DNA of 64,000 nucleotides from Octopus sinensis (GCF_006345805.1 NC_042997.1:120900001-120964000), one strand, 5' to 3'; shown: positions 38,403 through 52,250, counted from the first letter of the stretch. Notes: generated by a model not told the origin, from the letters alone. Made by a program: numbers and translations.

Positions 38403-38650
38403 CGTGTGTCTGTGTGTGTGTGTGTCTGTGTGTGTGTATGTATGCTTGTGTGTTTGTGTCTGTCCCCCCTCAACATCGCTTGACAACCGATGCTGGTGCG
38501 TTTACGTCTCCGTAACTTGGCAGTTCGGCAAAAGAGATAGATAGAATAAATAGTAGGCCTACAAAGAATACGTCATGGGGTCTATTTGCTCGACTAAAGT
38601 TGATGCTCCATCATGGCCACATGCAAATGACTGAAACAAGTAAAGAGTAC
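38177..38650 (+). mobile_element. SINE family A, full-length, with internal (TA)n(TG)n
   Basis: tRNA-like head, then GGCACCTTGGGCAAGTGTCTTCT (CORE-like block), GAAGCCCGT, the microsatellite, and a tail ending TGACTGAAACAAGTAAAG. Confidence 0.92.
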
Positions 38651-39659
38651 AGAGTATTCATCTGACCAACACGCACTGAAGAGCAACGTCATGCCCTGAA
38701 AACCCATTTGACTAGTATGACTAATTATCGAAATTGGGAAGGTTAGGTTATTCTAAAAATTAAATATGCAATGTCTCGCAAATTCCCCATTGAATATATA
38801 CTGATGGATACATGTCTATACACATATAAAAGATATGATTAATGCAGAGTACTTTTGTAATTATAAAGATACTAGTCTCAGAAAACTGAAGCTAAACGCT
38901 GATGTTGAAATCTTTGATGAAAATATTCATTACCTGTTTCAAGTTTTCAAAAATTCATCTCACTGTTACAAAGTAATTATAGGTAGTCCAAAAGTTCAGG
39001 CGGAATATGAACATACTCTCGGTTTCTAATACACAAAACAAGGAGTGAAATAAAAGTGAAGTTACGACCACTGAATAAATAACGTTTGAAGCTTTGAGGT
39101 ATGTGCTATAAATTATCACATGTAACAAATAAACTTTAGAAAATTTAACAGTTATCAGTAGGAGGGAAAAGACTATGTATACTACATTTCTAGTTTGTTG
39201 TACGCTTGAAGCAAAGTACAACTCGTGATAAGTTTTTGGAGCTAAATGCAAAAAAAGAAAAGCCTAACTAATTAAAGGATAAATATTGAATACTTATGGC
39301 GGAATTAATTATGGCTATTGATATGCAGCTACTATTCATAATGCATGTCATGAAAGCAAATATTTTAATATACTCTGCACAAGACTAAATATATAAAATA
39401 GGATCAATAGAAACTAAGAAAGTATTTAAACCCTAATTGCAGCAGTCAGATATGGGCATCAACAAATCTTAACAAGGAAACATAATGAATTAAAGCAATG
39501 AAATAAATGAACGTTGAACGAGAAATCATGAAAGATCACTTAGGCTCATCTATAGATCTTGTAAATAATGTTTGACTTAATTCGTGGCACGGTATTAAAC
39601 GTAATCTTTCTGATAATCATTTAATGCATTGACTGATATAGGCACAAAACCACAACATT

Positions 39660-39840
39660 TCGAGGAGGAATGAGGTTCAGGAAATTGAACAGTACTCTTG
39701 AAATGTAATTTGTTCCATTGATCCTGGCAAGATTAAAGGCAAGGCTGACCTCTGTCATGTACGAACACAGAATTTAAAGAGACGTAGCTAATTGCTACAT
39801 GACATGTGTCCATCGTGCTATTGATCCTATTATCGACCTT
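39660..39840 (-). mobile_element. Degraded SINE family B-like copy
   Basis: ATTGATCCTGGCAAGATTAAAGGCAAGGCTGACCTC...GAACACAGAATTTAAAGA aligns to the reverse complement of the B central block. Confidence 0.6.
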
Positions 39841-40401
39841 CCATTAAAATGATGCTTATTAACATTGCACACGAATACTAAATCTATGATGAGGTAAAAA
39901 AATTATATTAATATTATAATGGGGTTTTCAAATATTTGCATTACTCACCTAGGGTGTGTCTTCAAAATACAGGGTTTGTTTTTGAATTAGTAATATTTAA
40001 ATACGAAATCCTCTGTGTAAGTTTTTATCTAGGATATATAGAAAACAATGGTGTATTTTATAAATATAGATGAGCAGTTTATCATTAAATTACATTCTAC
40101 CGATTACACAAGGAAATAATGAAGAAGTGCTGTAGGCTTACTGAAATGAAATAAAAGTGCTTTATTAATTATTTGATTAGTAAAAATAGAGCTTATAACT
40201 TTTTTAAAAAAGTTTTCCCCAACATTTCACATCATTTTGAAATTTTAATACCAAAAGTGAGAGGAATTATTTATCTGCAGCTTATGAAATCCACATCAAT
40301 GAGTATGTTTCCCAGAAAGACTGTTTGACCGTGTGGTATACAACCTCAGCCAACAAGATGAGAACATGGGGGAACAAAATACGTGTCTGGATTAATTACT
40401 A

Positions 40402-40432
<31 letters not shown>

Positions 40433-40433
<1 letters not shown>

Positions 40434-40630
40434 CACCTAAAGCTCCACCTAAAGGCGATCCCTGCTGTACTCTTTCGCCAGAACATTCTTTCACTCTTTC
40501 TTCTGTTGGCCTGCTCGCTGAGCCAGCGGGGTGGCGTCATTTGAAGGCTAAAACAATGCGAAGCGCATTGTAACCAGCGATGTGTAGCAAAATCTGATAA
40601 CCTGGTCGGTCACGTGATCACGGTCGCGTG
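40433..40630 (+). mobile_element. SINE family C, 5'-truncated
   Basis: Homologous to 25158-25384 and 31766-32067. Confidence 0.85.
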
Positions 40631-40642
40631 ATATATATATAT

Positions 40643-40813
40643 AGGCGTAAGTTTGGGTTCTTGGTAAGTAGTTGCTTACCAAACACGTGGTTCCGGGTTC
40701 AGTCTCATTGCGTGGCACCTTGGGCAAGTGTCTTCTATTATAGCCTCGGAACGACCAAAGCCTTGTGAGTGGATTTGGTAGAGGGAAACTCAAAGAAGAC
40801 CGTCGTATATATG

Positions 40814-40906
<93 letters not shown>

Positions 40907-41088
40907 ATGCTTGTGTGTCAGTGTTTGTCCTCCCTACATTGCTTGACAACCGATACTCGTGTGTTTACGTTCCCGTCAATTAGAATAAAGTACTAGGCTT
41001 ACAAAGAATGAATCCTGGTGTCGATTTGCTCAACTTAAAGCTGTCCTCCAGCATTGCCACAGTCAAATGTCTGAAACAAGTAAAAGAT
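40643..41088 (+). mobile_element. SINE family A, full-length, with internal (TA)n(TG)n
   Basis: Same head-microsatellite-tail layout as 38177-38650. Confidence 0.9.
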
Positions 41089-41141
41089 TATACACACACA
41101 CACATATGTATGTATATATATATATATATAATATATATATA

Positions 41142-41174
<33 letters not shown>

Positions 41175-42121
41175 ATTTGTGTGTGTGTGCGTGCTTTAAT
41201 GACTATGAATCATGCAGTTATATGCTAAGAATATGGACAGGATGTCCAAATGTCCATATATAATCGGATGTTGATGATGACACCTGTGAAATGTGCTAAT
41301 ATAAATTATTCATAGCATACTTTTCCGTAAAATGTATTGCAGTAGTAGCGCTCTATAAAATACAATTCCATATGCTCAATTCACGAAAAAAATACTGGTA
41401 TTTTACATATCAAAATTTGTGCAAAATTGGATACTAGCTTTTGATTCTTTTGTCACTGGCATATATTTTATATATATATGAAACGAAGTACCGTTTACAC
41501 GTATATGCAATGTCCGTTAATCTCTTTTATTTATATTTGGAACATATAACGAATATAAACTAAAATTAGAAGCAATAATATTCGCTCAAGATATTAAAAA
41601 AAAATTAAATATATGTCTCGAATAATTTATTAATTCAATGTATATTTATATCTATATTCATAACTCAAACTGAAGATGGAAATGACGTGTAAGCGATTTA
41701 ACAGTCTAATAAGAATTCTTCTCGACCAAACATCACTGTAAACAGGAGCCATTGAAATAGCTAGTAATTTCAATTATCATTTCGTTGTTATCCTTTCAAT
41801 GGTTGATTCCATGTAATATCCGTACAATTTAAACGTGACGTCATGAATGTTTTTAAAAATCTTTAAATACACTCTATAACACGTCATATTTTTGCCCTGT
41901 AAACCTTTTATTTTTTGTCAGTATCATCTTCATTCAAGTTTCTTATAGGCGTGTACAATATGAGAGAGGCACATGAAACTCAAATACTAGCTGTAACCAA
42001 CTATATTTGGGCCAAATTATTTTAAGTGATTCGTAGCATGTCTACCAGTTTGCACTCGTAAGTTTTGGGGGTATGAGTAGCTTTCAAGATCAATGGTGGA
42101 AACATGTTAAACATAGCCGTA

Positions 42122-42255
42122 AATGTGGCTATGTGGTAAGAAGCTTACATTCAAACTACAAGGTCCCGAGTTCAGTCCCACTGCGTAGCACATTGGGCTG
42201 AGCAAAGCCTTGTAAGAGGATTCGGTAGGCGCGGAAACTGAAAGAAATCCGTTGA

Positions 42256-42257
<2 letters not shown>
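42122..42257 (+). mobile_element. SINE family A head, internally deleted
   Basis: GTGGCTATGTGGTAAGAAGCTT...GAGTTCAGTCCCACTGCGT...AAAGCCTTGT...GGAAACTGAAAGAA, followed by (TA)n. Confidence 0.75.
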
Positions 42258-42309
<52 letters not shown>

Positions 42310-42394
42310 GTATGTATGTATGTATATATGAATGTATACATATATATGTTTATGTATACTTTTATATATATGTATATATAAATGTATATATATG

Positions 42395-42458
<64 letters not shown>

Positions 42459-42463
<5 letters not shown>

Positions 42464-42775
42464 AAACAAGTCAAAAATAGAAAATGCTAAGATAATTTTA
42501 TAGTGAATCTTTCAGTACCGGTTTCGGTCATTTTGAGACCTTTTCAACTGTAACGATTAAATAATTAAATTTAGAAAAATTAGAAGAAAAGTTTTTTTAA
42601 AAGAATATTTCTATAGTAGTGCTCAGATATAAGTGGTATTCTGCCTTTCTCTGACTCCCTTGTTTGCACTTGTGTGTTCGAGGTCGTTGAAAAGGTCTCA
42701 AAATGGCCGAAACCGGTACTGAAAGATTCACTATAAAATTATCTTAGCATTTTCTATTTTTGACTTGTTTTTTCA
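42459..42775. mobile_element. Family G: short HHR element with a 90-bp inverted terminal duplication, inside (TA)n
   Basis: 42459-42548 is the reverse complement of 42686-42775 with one mismatch. Both arms carry the HHR motif. Confidence 0.9.
42513..42550 (-). ncRNA. Hammerhead ribozyme variant with U3-A8 core pair
   Basis: CAG-UUGAAAA-GGUC-UCAAAAU-GACC-GAAA-CCGG-UA^CUG. Stem I is CAG/CUG, stem II is GGUC/GACC, stem III is the palindrome ACCGGU, and the core shows both C3U and G8A. Confidence 0.75.
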
Positions 42776-42808
42776 TATATATCAACTCGTGTGTTCCTTT
42801 CCACCCTT

Positions 42809-42859
<51 letters not shown>

Positions 42860-42860
<1 letters not shown>

Positions 42861-44130
42861 TATCAGAATTGCCCGGCGATGCTCGGGGCTGAATTGCTTG
42901 AAAGTACTGTTAATGATTGCACTGAATTATGATGATTATTCAGGCAAATATTGATATAAGTTTACGGTGGGAGATAAGGACTTAACGATCAAACGTGTGC
43001 CATTGCATTGTTTTGGGGGAACCAAATTTCTAATGGGGCACCAACTTTAAGTTTGAGAATGTGTGGGTGTAGTCAGGGGTGCTCAAAGGAATCGAGTACC
43101 TCTATTGGATAGTTGATGACGTCCTCTGGGTCAGGAGTTGTATCGATAGACTTATATACATAGACTTCCCCAGGAATGAGTTTTAGCATTTCATCATTAA
43201 TATGGTGAACAGTTTTATTCCTCGGGGCCAGAATAGCCCTTTGGCCAATCCAATCCATATTCTGATAATTAGCTTGTAGATCTGGGAACACTGCATCTCT
43301 GAGATCAGAAGGCGTTTTAACAATGGTACAAATGGAATCGATGGCAATATTACCATTTTCATTCCCTGGTATTTTGCCTTCGCCAAGTGCAAGGACGGTG
43401 TGAGAAAACGCTGCTGATGTGATATTACGTCGCATATGAGCACGCATATTGGTGTGAAGTTTGAGAGTCTTCACCAGTGGCCACAATGTGGATGACTTAC
43501 GACACGCACTTACTGCATCGGCTGTAGTCCTTTTGGGAATAACGAGAAGTGTTTGTCGGAGGTCCCCTGAAAGAAGAAGTGTTATGCCTCCCATGGGAGC
43601 TGAAGAGTGTTTGATGTCTCTGAGAGATCTATCTAGTGCCTCAAGAGCACGTCTGTGGGCCATCGTGCATTCATCCCAAACGATAAGCTTGCATCGTCTG
43701 AAGACTTCTGCCTGATCGGAGCTGTTACTGATGTTGCACGTTGGTGTCTCAGTCTTCGCTAAGTCAAGCAGAAGCTTGAAAGTGGAGTGAGCTGACCTGC
43801 CGCCTGGCAACAAAGTAGCCGCAATTCCAAATGATGCCACAGCTAGGGCAATGCCTTGTGTTCGCCTAATCTCAGCCAATATTAATTTGTTGACAAAAGT
43901 TTTACCAGTGCCCCCAGGAGCGTCCAGGAAAAAAATCCTCCCGGTTTTGGCCCGGACTGAATTAACAACGGAGTTGTAAGCGATCTTGTGTTCTAGAAGG
44001 AGCTTTGGCTCATTGTCAGCTATGTACTCGGCGAGCTCATCAACATTAAAACATGTGCACGCAGCAAATGTGAAGACAGAGTGTTTGTGCCTTCCCGGTT
44101 TGTTGAAGGTAGGCCATAGACCGGCAGGGC
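42860..44130 (-). mobile_element. Helitron fragment: PIF1-family helicase plus 3' hairpin terminus
   Basis: FFLDAPGGTGKT (Walker A), AATLLPGGRSAHSTFK, IVWDECTM, SGDLRQTL, TNMR and RAILAPRN. 3' end GCCCCGAGCATCGCCGGGC hairpin followed by CTGATAG|T at 42860. Confidence 0.92.
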
Positions 44131-44904
44131 ACTACCGCCCATATCAAGTACAGTATCTTCGAACGTAGTTTGTTACCACACAGCCACACCTGCCCCTATG
44201 TATGTGTGTGTGTGTGTATGGGTAGATATATTATGCATGTATATATGTGTACATATTACATGTACATCTATATATATATATACATCTACACATAAAATAC
44301 AAAATACAAAGTTATATCTTGATATCGCTAGTGATAACAATACTCAAAATATATAACAGACTGGAATTGTAGGCCCGTCTCTTGCAATTTCGATCAATTG
44401 GATCTTGTCCTCTCCCTTGTATAGAAGTGTACGGCTACAGCGAAATTCATTTTTGGACTTTCTTCTATCGAAGGCATTTTAACAAAAATGCTTCCGTAAA
44501 GACGGTGAAAATATTGTCAATTTCCCCAAACAGGGACACAATTCAATTTTGAAACAATAACCAAAGCCCCTTCTCCGAAAGGGGGAGGGTTACGGTTTAC
44601 AATTATTTAACAAATGCAATACAACAACGTTTCCCTGGCGAGGAACCAACAAACGTGATTACAATAGTCAAACAGTAATAATAATAACAACAAACCTTTT
44701 TAATTTATCCCCATTTATGTGAAAACACTTATTCAAGTTCAAGTCATTGATGCAATTTTATACGAATTGCTAATACACACACACTTAATAAGGGTGAAAA
44801 ATTGAATATTAATTTGATAAATATGAATTGAAAACCAGTGGTGTAGCATATAAGACCATAGCGGATCTTCCTCTAGCAAAAAGGATGACCTCTATTAATG
44901 GCTC

Positions 44905-44943
44905 ATCCCTGTTACACACACACACACACACACACTCTCACCT

Positions 44944-44974
<31 letters not shown>

Positions 44975-45004
44975 CACACACACACACACACCACACACAC
45001 ACAC
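44905..45004. repeat. (CA)n microsatellite
   Basis: Direct reading. Confidence 0.95.
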
Positions 45005-45120
45005 CTTAGCTTACAATTTTCTTTCAACAATTGACACTGTCATGTATGTATATGTTTGCTTGTCTATGTGTGTAAAGAGGAAGTGGGAGTAATAGGCGGA
45101 GTAAAGCCTTTGATGTGAGT

Positions 45121-45522
45121 GAGGGAAATCGTAAAATATTAGTTTTCTCGAATTTTAGTTTAATTGGGGTTGAAATTGAAAGAAATTTATATGCCATGAC
45201 CGAATGGAATGTACTTGGAAAAATCATAGGTAAACTCCAATTGAAGAAATTGTGTGAGGAGTAAATCGTTATGTATTTATTTGTTTCTGTTTGCTGTGTA
45301 TTTTTTTGAGTAGTGGTTTAAGGTACACCTGCAAAGAGAAAGAAGGAGAAATTATGGTAATAGCATGAGTGAAGCAGTTGAAATTAGAGGGGCAAATCGT
45401 AAAATATTTACTTTTCTCGAATTTTTGCTTAATTGGGGGGCAAATAGAAAAAAAACTTCATATGCCATGACCCAATCGAATCTACTTGTAAAAATTGTAG
45501 GTAAATTCCAATTGAAGAAATT
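45121..45522 (+). repeat. Two diverged direct repeats of about 130 bp (45121-45251 and 45387-45522)
   Basis: Shared blocks AAATCGTAAAATATT, TTTTCTCGAATTTT, TATGCCATGACC and TAGGTAAA.TCCAATTGAAGAAATT. Confidence 0.85.
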
Positions 45523-45599
45523 CTATATTGTAGAATTGTATTAAAAAGGAACATGGGAACAGGCAGAGAAAATCTGCATTTTATCATAAGATTATCATA

Positions 45600-45639
<40 letters not shown>

Positions 45640-45679
45640 GTATGTGTACACACGCACACGCATACACACAGACACAGAC

Positions 45680-45743
<64 letters not shown>

Positions 45744-47683
45744 CATACATACATATACATATATATTCACGACGGATTTGTTTCTCCAATCACAAGCAAT
45801 CCGTAGTAAATATAGCAAAAACAACTTTCAAGTACAACAGTGGTCTATTGAGAGAGACGTTTGTGGATATTTGTTCGAGTGGAAGAATGATAAGCTCAAA
45901 AAATAACATATTTATATTCCACGGTAGGATGCCAGGGTTGCCCGGGTTGCGAATAACAATAAGACAGTTATTGGATGGAGTAGAAAAGATCCGGGCTACA
46001 TGTTTCATAGAGGGTGAAACGTCAGAAGAGATAAAAATCAAAGCGAGGTGTATACCACCGGCTATTCTTTAGTCTAAGGATACCTTGATATAATAAGAGG
46101 TTACATTGTCGCAAGGGTGTACGCGTTCACGCATGGATGATTCAAACAGATTGAATTTTCCATTTGCCAACATCTACATCGTTGCGACAACATGTGCCAA
46201 CATGTGCTTCTTCGCGACAATCAAACCTTCAATTTAACCAAGATATCCTGTGCGAAACAAGTAAAAGCATAAAAGCATATACGACAGTGCTGTAGTCTTA
46301 TTTGTTATTTAGCAATAATTAATCACAGTGATAGATTTTATGATGCCCTACTATAAAATGCTTTGCTTTTTCTTCTAAGGAACAAAATTCCAGGTCAATC
46401 AGAAACAGAATGAATATTTATTGAGTTATAAGCCACAACAAAAAAAAGGTGCAAATTTGGTGGACAAACAGTACTTTGAATTACAGTCTGTCAATTTTGT
46501 AAAATAAATTTGGCTAAATTTTCCTATTACTATGAAAATTCTTGAGAACTTGTTTGAAGGTAACAATGGATTAATGTAAATGCTTTGTGAGCTTCTAAAA
46601 AATCAGAGTGATGTGTAACAGAAAGTTATAACATTATTTAATTAAGATATTTTAAGCATTAGAAATGTTCCTAGCATTTTATTGAAGCTAACTTAAATCA
46701 ACTGAGATTATTTAAACTTCCATTTTACAATTATTTAGTTTGTAGATAATGTAACAGAAACGCATAAAAACAATGTGAGTGAACATCAAACAAATACATT
46801 TTTTCCCAAATATTTCCATTTGAAAGCTTGCATCAATAATTTTCAAACAGACTTTAAAAATATCTCCGTCGTGGAGTTTTGAATCTAAAGGTATACATAG
46901 AAAATTATGTAATGCGAGTCAGATAACTTTACAAGAGCAATAAGTATGCTTCCAATTAGGTAATCTACCTGAAATGCATACTTATGCACATATTTCACTT
47001 TCAAACGCTACAAGAGTTAAATAAGCAGAAATATATATTTGTTAATACTTGCAGCGAAGAAAGAAAATAACTAAGAAAGCAAATTAAGTCGCAAAATAAT
47101 ATCGGTTATTGCGTATGTAGATTGACAAGCCAATATATCGTGGCTTACTTCAATAATGACTATATCTAAATTAATGTCACTAGAGATATACAAGTATCAA
47201 TATTGCTTCGAAAGTCATTTAAATGTCATTACCCATCATATCTTACTTATCATATTGGCAACACTTCATTAATGCGTTAAGTAATTTCCCAGAGAACAGC
47301 GTGAAAGTTTTAAAGTAAACCATATTTTCTCTTGTTAATAAAGTGTGAGATATTTCAAGAAAGCAATCTGCATATTAGCTTGCAAAACACTCCCAGAAAT
47401 AATAAACTAAACATTGCCTTCTTTAACACATATGTCTTCCATATGTTGTTTTACAATTATATTAATATTTTTTTATCGAGTGATCCTCATATAGGGACAG
47501 CAGTGAGTGTTAAAGAAACTAATGATCTGTGTTTTCTTTAAAATCTTGCTAGTTTTTCTTCGATCAAGAAAGGATTTCATGAAAGGAAGACAAGTATACA
47601 AGAAACATTTCCACCAGATCTGCTCCACTGTCTTGTTGAAATATTAGGGCCATTTAATATTTGCATATTCATTCATGTATATA

Positions 47684-48942
47684 TTGGGTCATACCATAAA
47701 TATTGCAGTTTTTTCAAAAGTTGAAAGAGGACGGGATAAACTACCTGCATCGTTTTGCTATAAAAGCAGGTAGTAATTTTACCTTGTACTTATTCTTAGT
47801 GCAAGTTTTGAAGAATGTAGTTCGATTTTAGCAGTTATTTTTCAAAGTTATAATGTAGGTGACAAAGGAGCGTATTCGGCTTATTCCGCTTTACTAGTTC
47901 AATAAAGGCAACAAAGCAACGAAAAATGCGGGAAATATTAATACAGCATATGGGGATCGGACAATAAGTGTAAGCTAGTATCAACGGTACTTCTAGAAAT
48001 TACGTGCTGGAAACAGCCTAGAAGACGAGCCAAGTTCTGAAAGATCTGTAGAGCTCTACAAAGAAGTTCAGCAATTCATTGTGGGACAAAGTCCCGTCAT
48101 AACCGTCCACGAACTAACGGAGAAGCTTGGATTTGATCATTCAAAATTTCATCGACATCTGCGTGCCATCGGAAAAGTTAGAAAACTGGGTCAATGGGTT
48201 CCTCACAAACTTTCCGAGTTTAATTGCACATAGCGAGTGAATGCGCGCTCTTCTTTGCTGTCATATCACAAGAATGAACCTTTTTGGACCGAATAGGGAG
48301 TGGTGACTATAAACGGGCTCTCTATAAGAATGTCAAGAGCCGAAGACAGTGAATAGGGAACGGAAAAACATCGGCACCCCAGGCTAAAGAAGTATTTCAT
48401 CCACGCGAGGTGTTGTTATGTGTTTCGTGGGATATGAAAGGTTTATTCCACTTTGAACTTTTAAAGCCAAGCTAAACTATAGCAAATGAGATCTACTGCG
48501 CGCAGTTTGAGCGGCTTAAGTCAGCGCTAAAAGAACAGAACGATAATCTTTGATTTGAAAACGAAAAGTGTTTTTTCCATCAGGATACAGCGAGGATGAA
48601 ATACCAAAGGTTTGAGCAGTTTGAAAGGGAAACGATACCACACCCACCATATTCACCGGACATTTCACCACTTGATTATCATTTATTCTGCAATCATCAA
48701 TATCATTTGGAAGGAAAAAATTACGAATTCTGTAGACGAAGTCAGAACAGTACTCGAGGAGTATTTTTCGTTACGGACAAGAACATTTTGGAAGAGAGGC
48801 CTTGTGTACCAGCTAGATGAAATAGCATTGTACGTTATGAAGGAGAGTATATTTTAAATTAAAAGAGGATTTTGTTTAACTTAATTTTTAAAAAATAAAA
48901 GAAGTATATAAAATCCTGCATTATTTATAGGATAACCTGATT
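47684..48942 (+). mobile_element. Near full-length decayed mariner transposon (about 1.26 kb) with degenerate TIRs
   Basis: FNKGNKA..AYGD...LEDEPSS..LGFDH..RHLRAIGKVRKLGQWVPHKL...VLLCVSWDMKG...FFHQD...PHPPYSPDISPLDYHLF. Left TTGGGTCATACCATAAATATTGCAG versus right (reverse complement) TCAGGTTATCCTATAAATAATGCAG. Confidence 0.92.
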
Positions 48943-49015
48943 CATATGCCTATATATGCAAATATTCGAATATGCGTGTGTGTACGGGGAGATATATATA
49001 GAGTTAATAATTCTT

Positions 49016-49088
<73 letters not shown>

Positions 49089-51265
49089 TGTCTTTAATAA
49101 TTATCATTAGGATTCTTCCTGAGTAAAAGAGACAAATTTCTATAACACTAATGACAATGATTAAAAGTTATACTTTTGAAATACGTTGCATATATTTACT
49201 GCTCCACTTACTAAATTTATCAGTAAACCTCATGTTGACCGGCCTATTTGTTCGAAACATAACCGTTCCAGATATTTTCTATGTTATTTATTAACATAAA
49301 GAAAGTGCAAATGATAATATTTCTTTAAAAATAAATTCATAGTTAGAGTGGACATTTTACATTCCGATCAAAAACATCCTTTTGTGCCAGTTCTTAGGAG
49401 AATGATTTTAGTTCGTCCTGTAAAAGGGACTATGTTACTGCAATAATATTTCTCTTCCTAGGCTCCGACATAGCTTGTGATTTAAATTCAAATTTATGTG
49501 GTTTGGTGACTAGTATTTAAAATACTATTGCACTGCCAGTATACAGCCGTACACAAAGATAAATTATTCCAGTGGATACAAGCTAGTACTTGATAGATAA
49601 GAATGCAGTGTTTGTGTATATGTTTTAAGTCAGACATTTCAATTTGTTCGATTATCAATTTCACGTATTCTGCATTGGTGCCAAATTTTGTTAATTGATA
49701 TACGAAACTGCAACGATGAATATTTAGAGAAAAGTAAAGAGAATTATAGATTTGATTTGATGCAGATATCAATATAAATGAAATCATAAAAAAATATCAT
49801 CTTATATATACATGATGTAATATCAGCTGGAAACAATTTAATAAAATCTAAATATATTAAGGAATATATACGCGCAACCACACAAAACAAAAAAAAATCA
49901 CATATTCTCACTCATTTGTACGTTAATATATTCAATTTTTCAAAGTTTTTCATACTTTTTTATAGTTCCTTTGTTTAGCTGATAAATATAATGTTTTTAA
50001 ATATGCTTATTAAATCCTCGAGGTGTTTCTCGTTCCATAATGAAAATGAAGTGAAGAATTCAAGTTGTGCGCTTAAACTTCGTTAGCAATGGTTCATGGT
50101 AATAATGTTAGTACTGGAAATTGTTAAATACCGATTTAGAAATTGAACCATATGACGTGCAGAAAATGAATGACAATTAAGTCCTACCAGATACAATGCG
50201 CAACATATCTTATGGTTGAATTTTATTTGTATATTGCTATTAGGAACACGCCTCACAACCTACTTACAATTCGCAACAAAATATATCATGCAACGATGCT
50301 CAAGAGTGAAACTAATATACATTTGTCGTTGGATATTGCATTATTTCCCCTGAGGAATTTCATTGTACTTCACACCATTCAAATTTGAAACCCATCTTAC
50401 TCCCGAGGGGAGATGATGAACCATGTTCCTCCCTATTCCGTCCTTGATGAATCTGTTGGCAAAAGCCAGCAAGTTTCCTAAAATATTTGGTACACACTTA
50501 TCGTAAAATAAGATAAAACTGTCCAATATTTAAAATTCTATATTGGGGTTTTTTTCCTTTTTTCACTACTGCTCCTTATAGCGAGTAATTTCAACGCCAG
50601 AATATGCGCTTTCACGTGACATGGTTCACAAGTGTCAAGGATTATGTATTACTAATTGAATTTGTTTGTTTAATTACTGTTTTCGTTTTCTCCTTTTTCG
50701 TAAATTTTTTATACACGTGCATTTATTCGCATAATTTTGAAAAAGGAAATCTTTGAATATATTCAGATCATGTCCGATGCTTTCACTTTTGCGTTTAGCA
50801 CCAATTAACGCTTCCTGAGTGGAAATATCCATCATTACAAATAAAGATCAAAACACATTTTTGTTTCTTTTTTAAATACACTAATGCCGTAAAAGTGGGG
50901 CATTTTCCTTACTCGCAGTTAATGTGAAGATTGGATTATTTAAATTATTATTTTCTGTGCCAATTATTCAGAAGGAAAATCATTTTTTGTAAAATGAAAA
51001 TCTGGTGATCCAGAAACGCAGTGATCATGCTTAAATGTCGCAAAACCAAGAAGAAGTGAGATCGTACGAATTGTCATGGAGAAGAAGTGAGATCGTACGA
51101 ATTGTCATTCGAGCCTAAAGAATGATAGGGAAAACGCTCAAATTAGGAACAGAAAGGATTACCGTGCAAAATGCACATAAAATACATGTAAACGGCAAAG
51201 TACATTATGCGGCGGTCACTTGTTATCCAAAAGTAAACGGTCCTAGCTCGTGTATTATAAACAAA

Positions 51266-51374
<109 letters not shown>

Positions 51375-52150
51375 GGCTTAAAATCAGAAACAGAATGGTT
51401 TGTCATAGCAAAGATTAATGCCAACCTACAAGAAGCCCAATCTGCCGTGTATCTACATGAAAGCATTGCAGATGTCACCATTGCAGTTTTCCTGCGCCTA
51501 AAGGGTACTTCAACAGGCATGACAGAGCAGCACAACATATTTACGATGTAATTTGCAAAAACCCAGTCGTCCCCATGGTAAAAACTGGTGGGAACACAAA
51601 CCACCTCCAGAGGTTGAAAATTATCACATCTCACTCCTCTGGAGCTTCACCATTCAAACTGACAGAAATATGGATGCGAATCGGTCAGGCAATATATTGA
51701 AAGACTTGAGACAAAAATCATGCATCTTCATTGATATGACTGTCCCGATCTGCATAAATATATCTCTCAAGACCTACCAAAATCTGAGCAAGTATAAAGA
51801 TCTTGAAACAGAAATTGGCAAAATGTGGAACCTGATGACTAGAATAATAGCTGTTGCCATAGGTGTCCTAGGAATGATATTCAAATAGGCTGATTCCTAC
51901 CTAGATCAGATACCAGGAAACCCTAAAATGACATAATTCAAAAGATGGCCCTCGTGGGAACTGCCCATATCCTACGTAAAATATTGTTTATGCTTTCTTC
52001 AACATTCTCCAGAATACACCTATCTGCAAAACCAAATATATGACCCCCTAGGTATAACACCAACCTTAATTTCTAATTTGTTTTCTCTTGAGGTCTCTGG
52101 AGAGACAGATTCAACTTGTACAAATACAAACAAAAAGTTAAAAAAAACAT
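51375..52150 (+). mobile_element. R4/Dong-like non-LTR retrotransposon 3' fragment (family 2)
   Basis: GLKSETE.FVIA...NRHDRAAQHIY...WEHKP...LLWSFTIQTDR..ANR...CIFIDMTVP...LSKYKDLETEIGKMWNL...IGVLG...GTAHILRK (restriction-like endonuclease region). Flanked by TAA/GAT repeats. Confidence 0.85.
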
Positions 52151-52250
52151 AGTAATAATCATAATGATTATGATGATGATGATGATCATGGTGATGATGA
52201 TGATCATGGTGATGATGATGATGATGATGATGATAGTAATAATAGTAATT

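Noticed and set aside
51050-51108. Exact 28-bp direct repeat with a 3-bp spacer
   Set aside because: Two units only. It is a simple tandem duplication, not CRISPR, and no intervening element makes it a target duplication.
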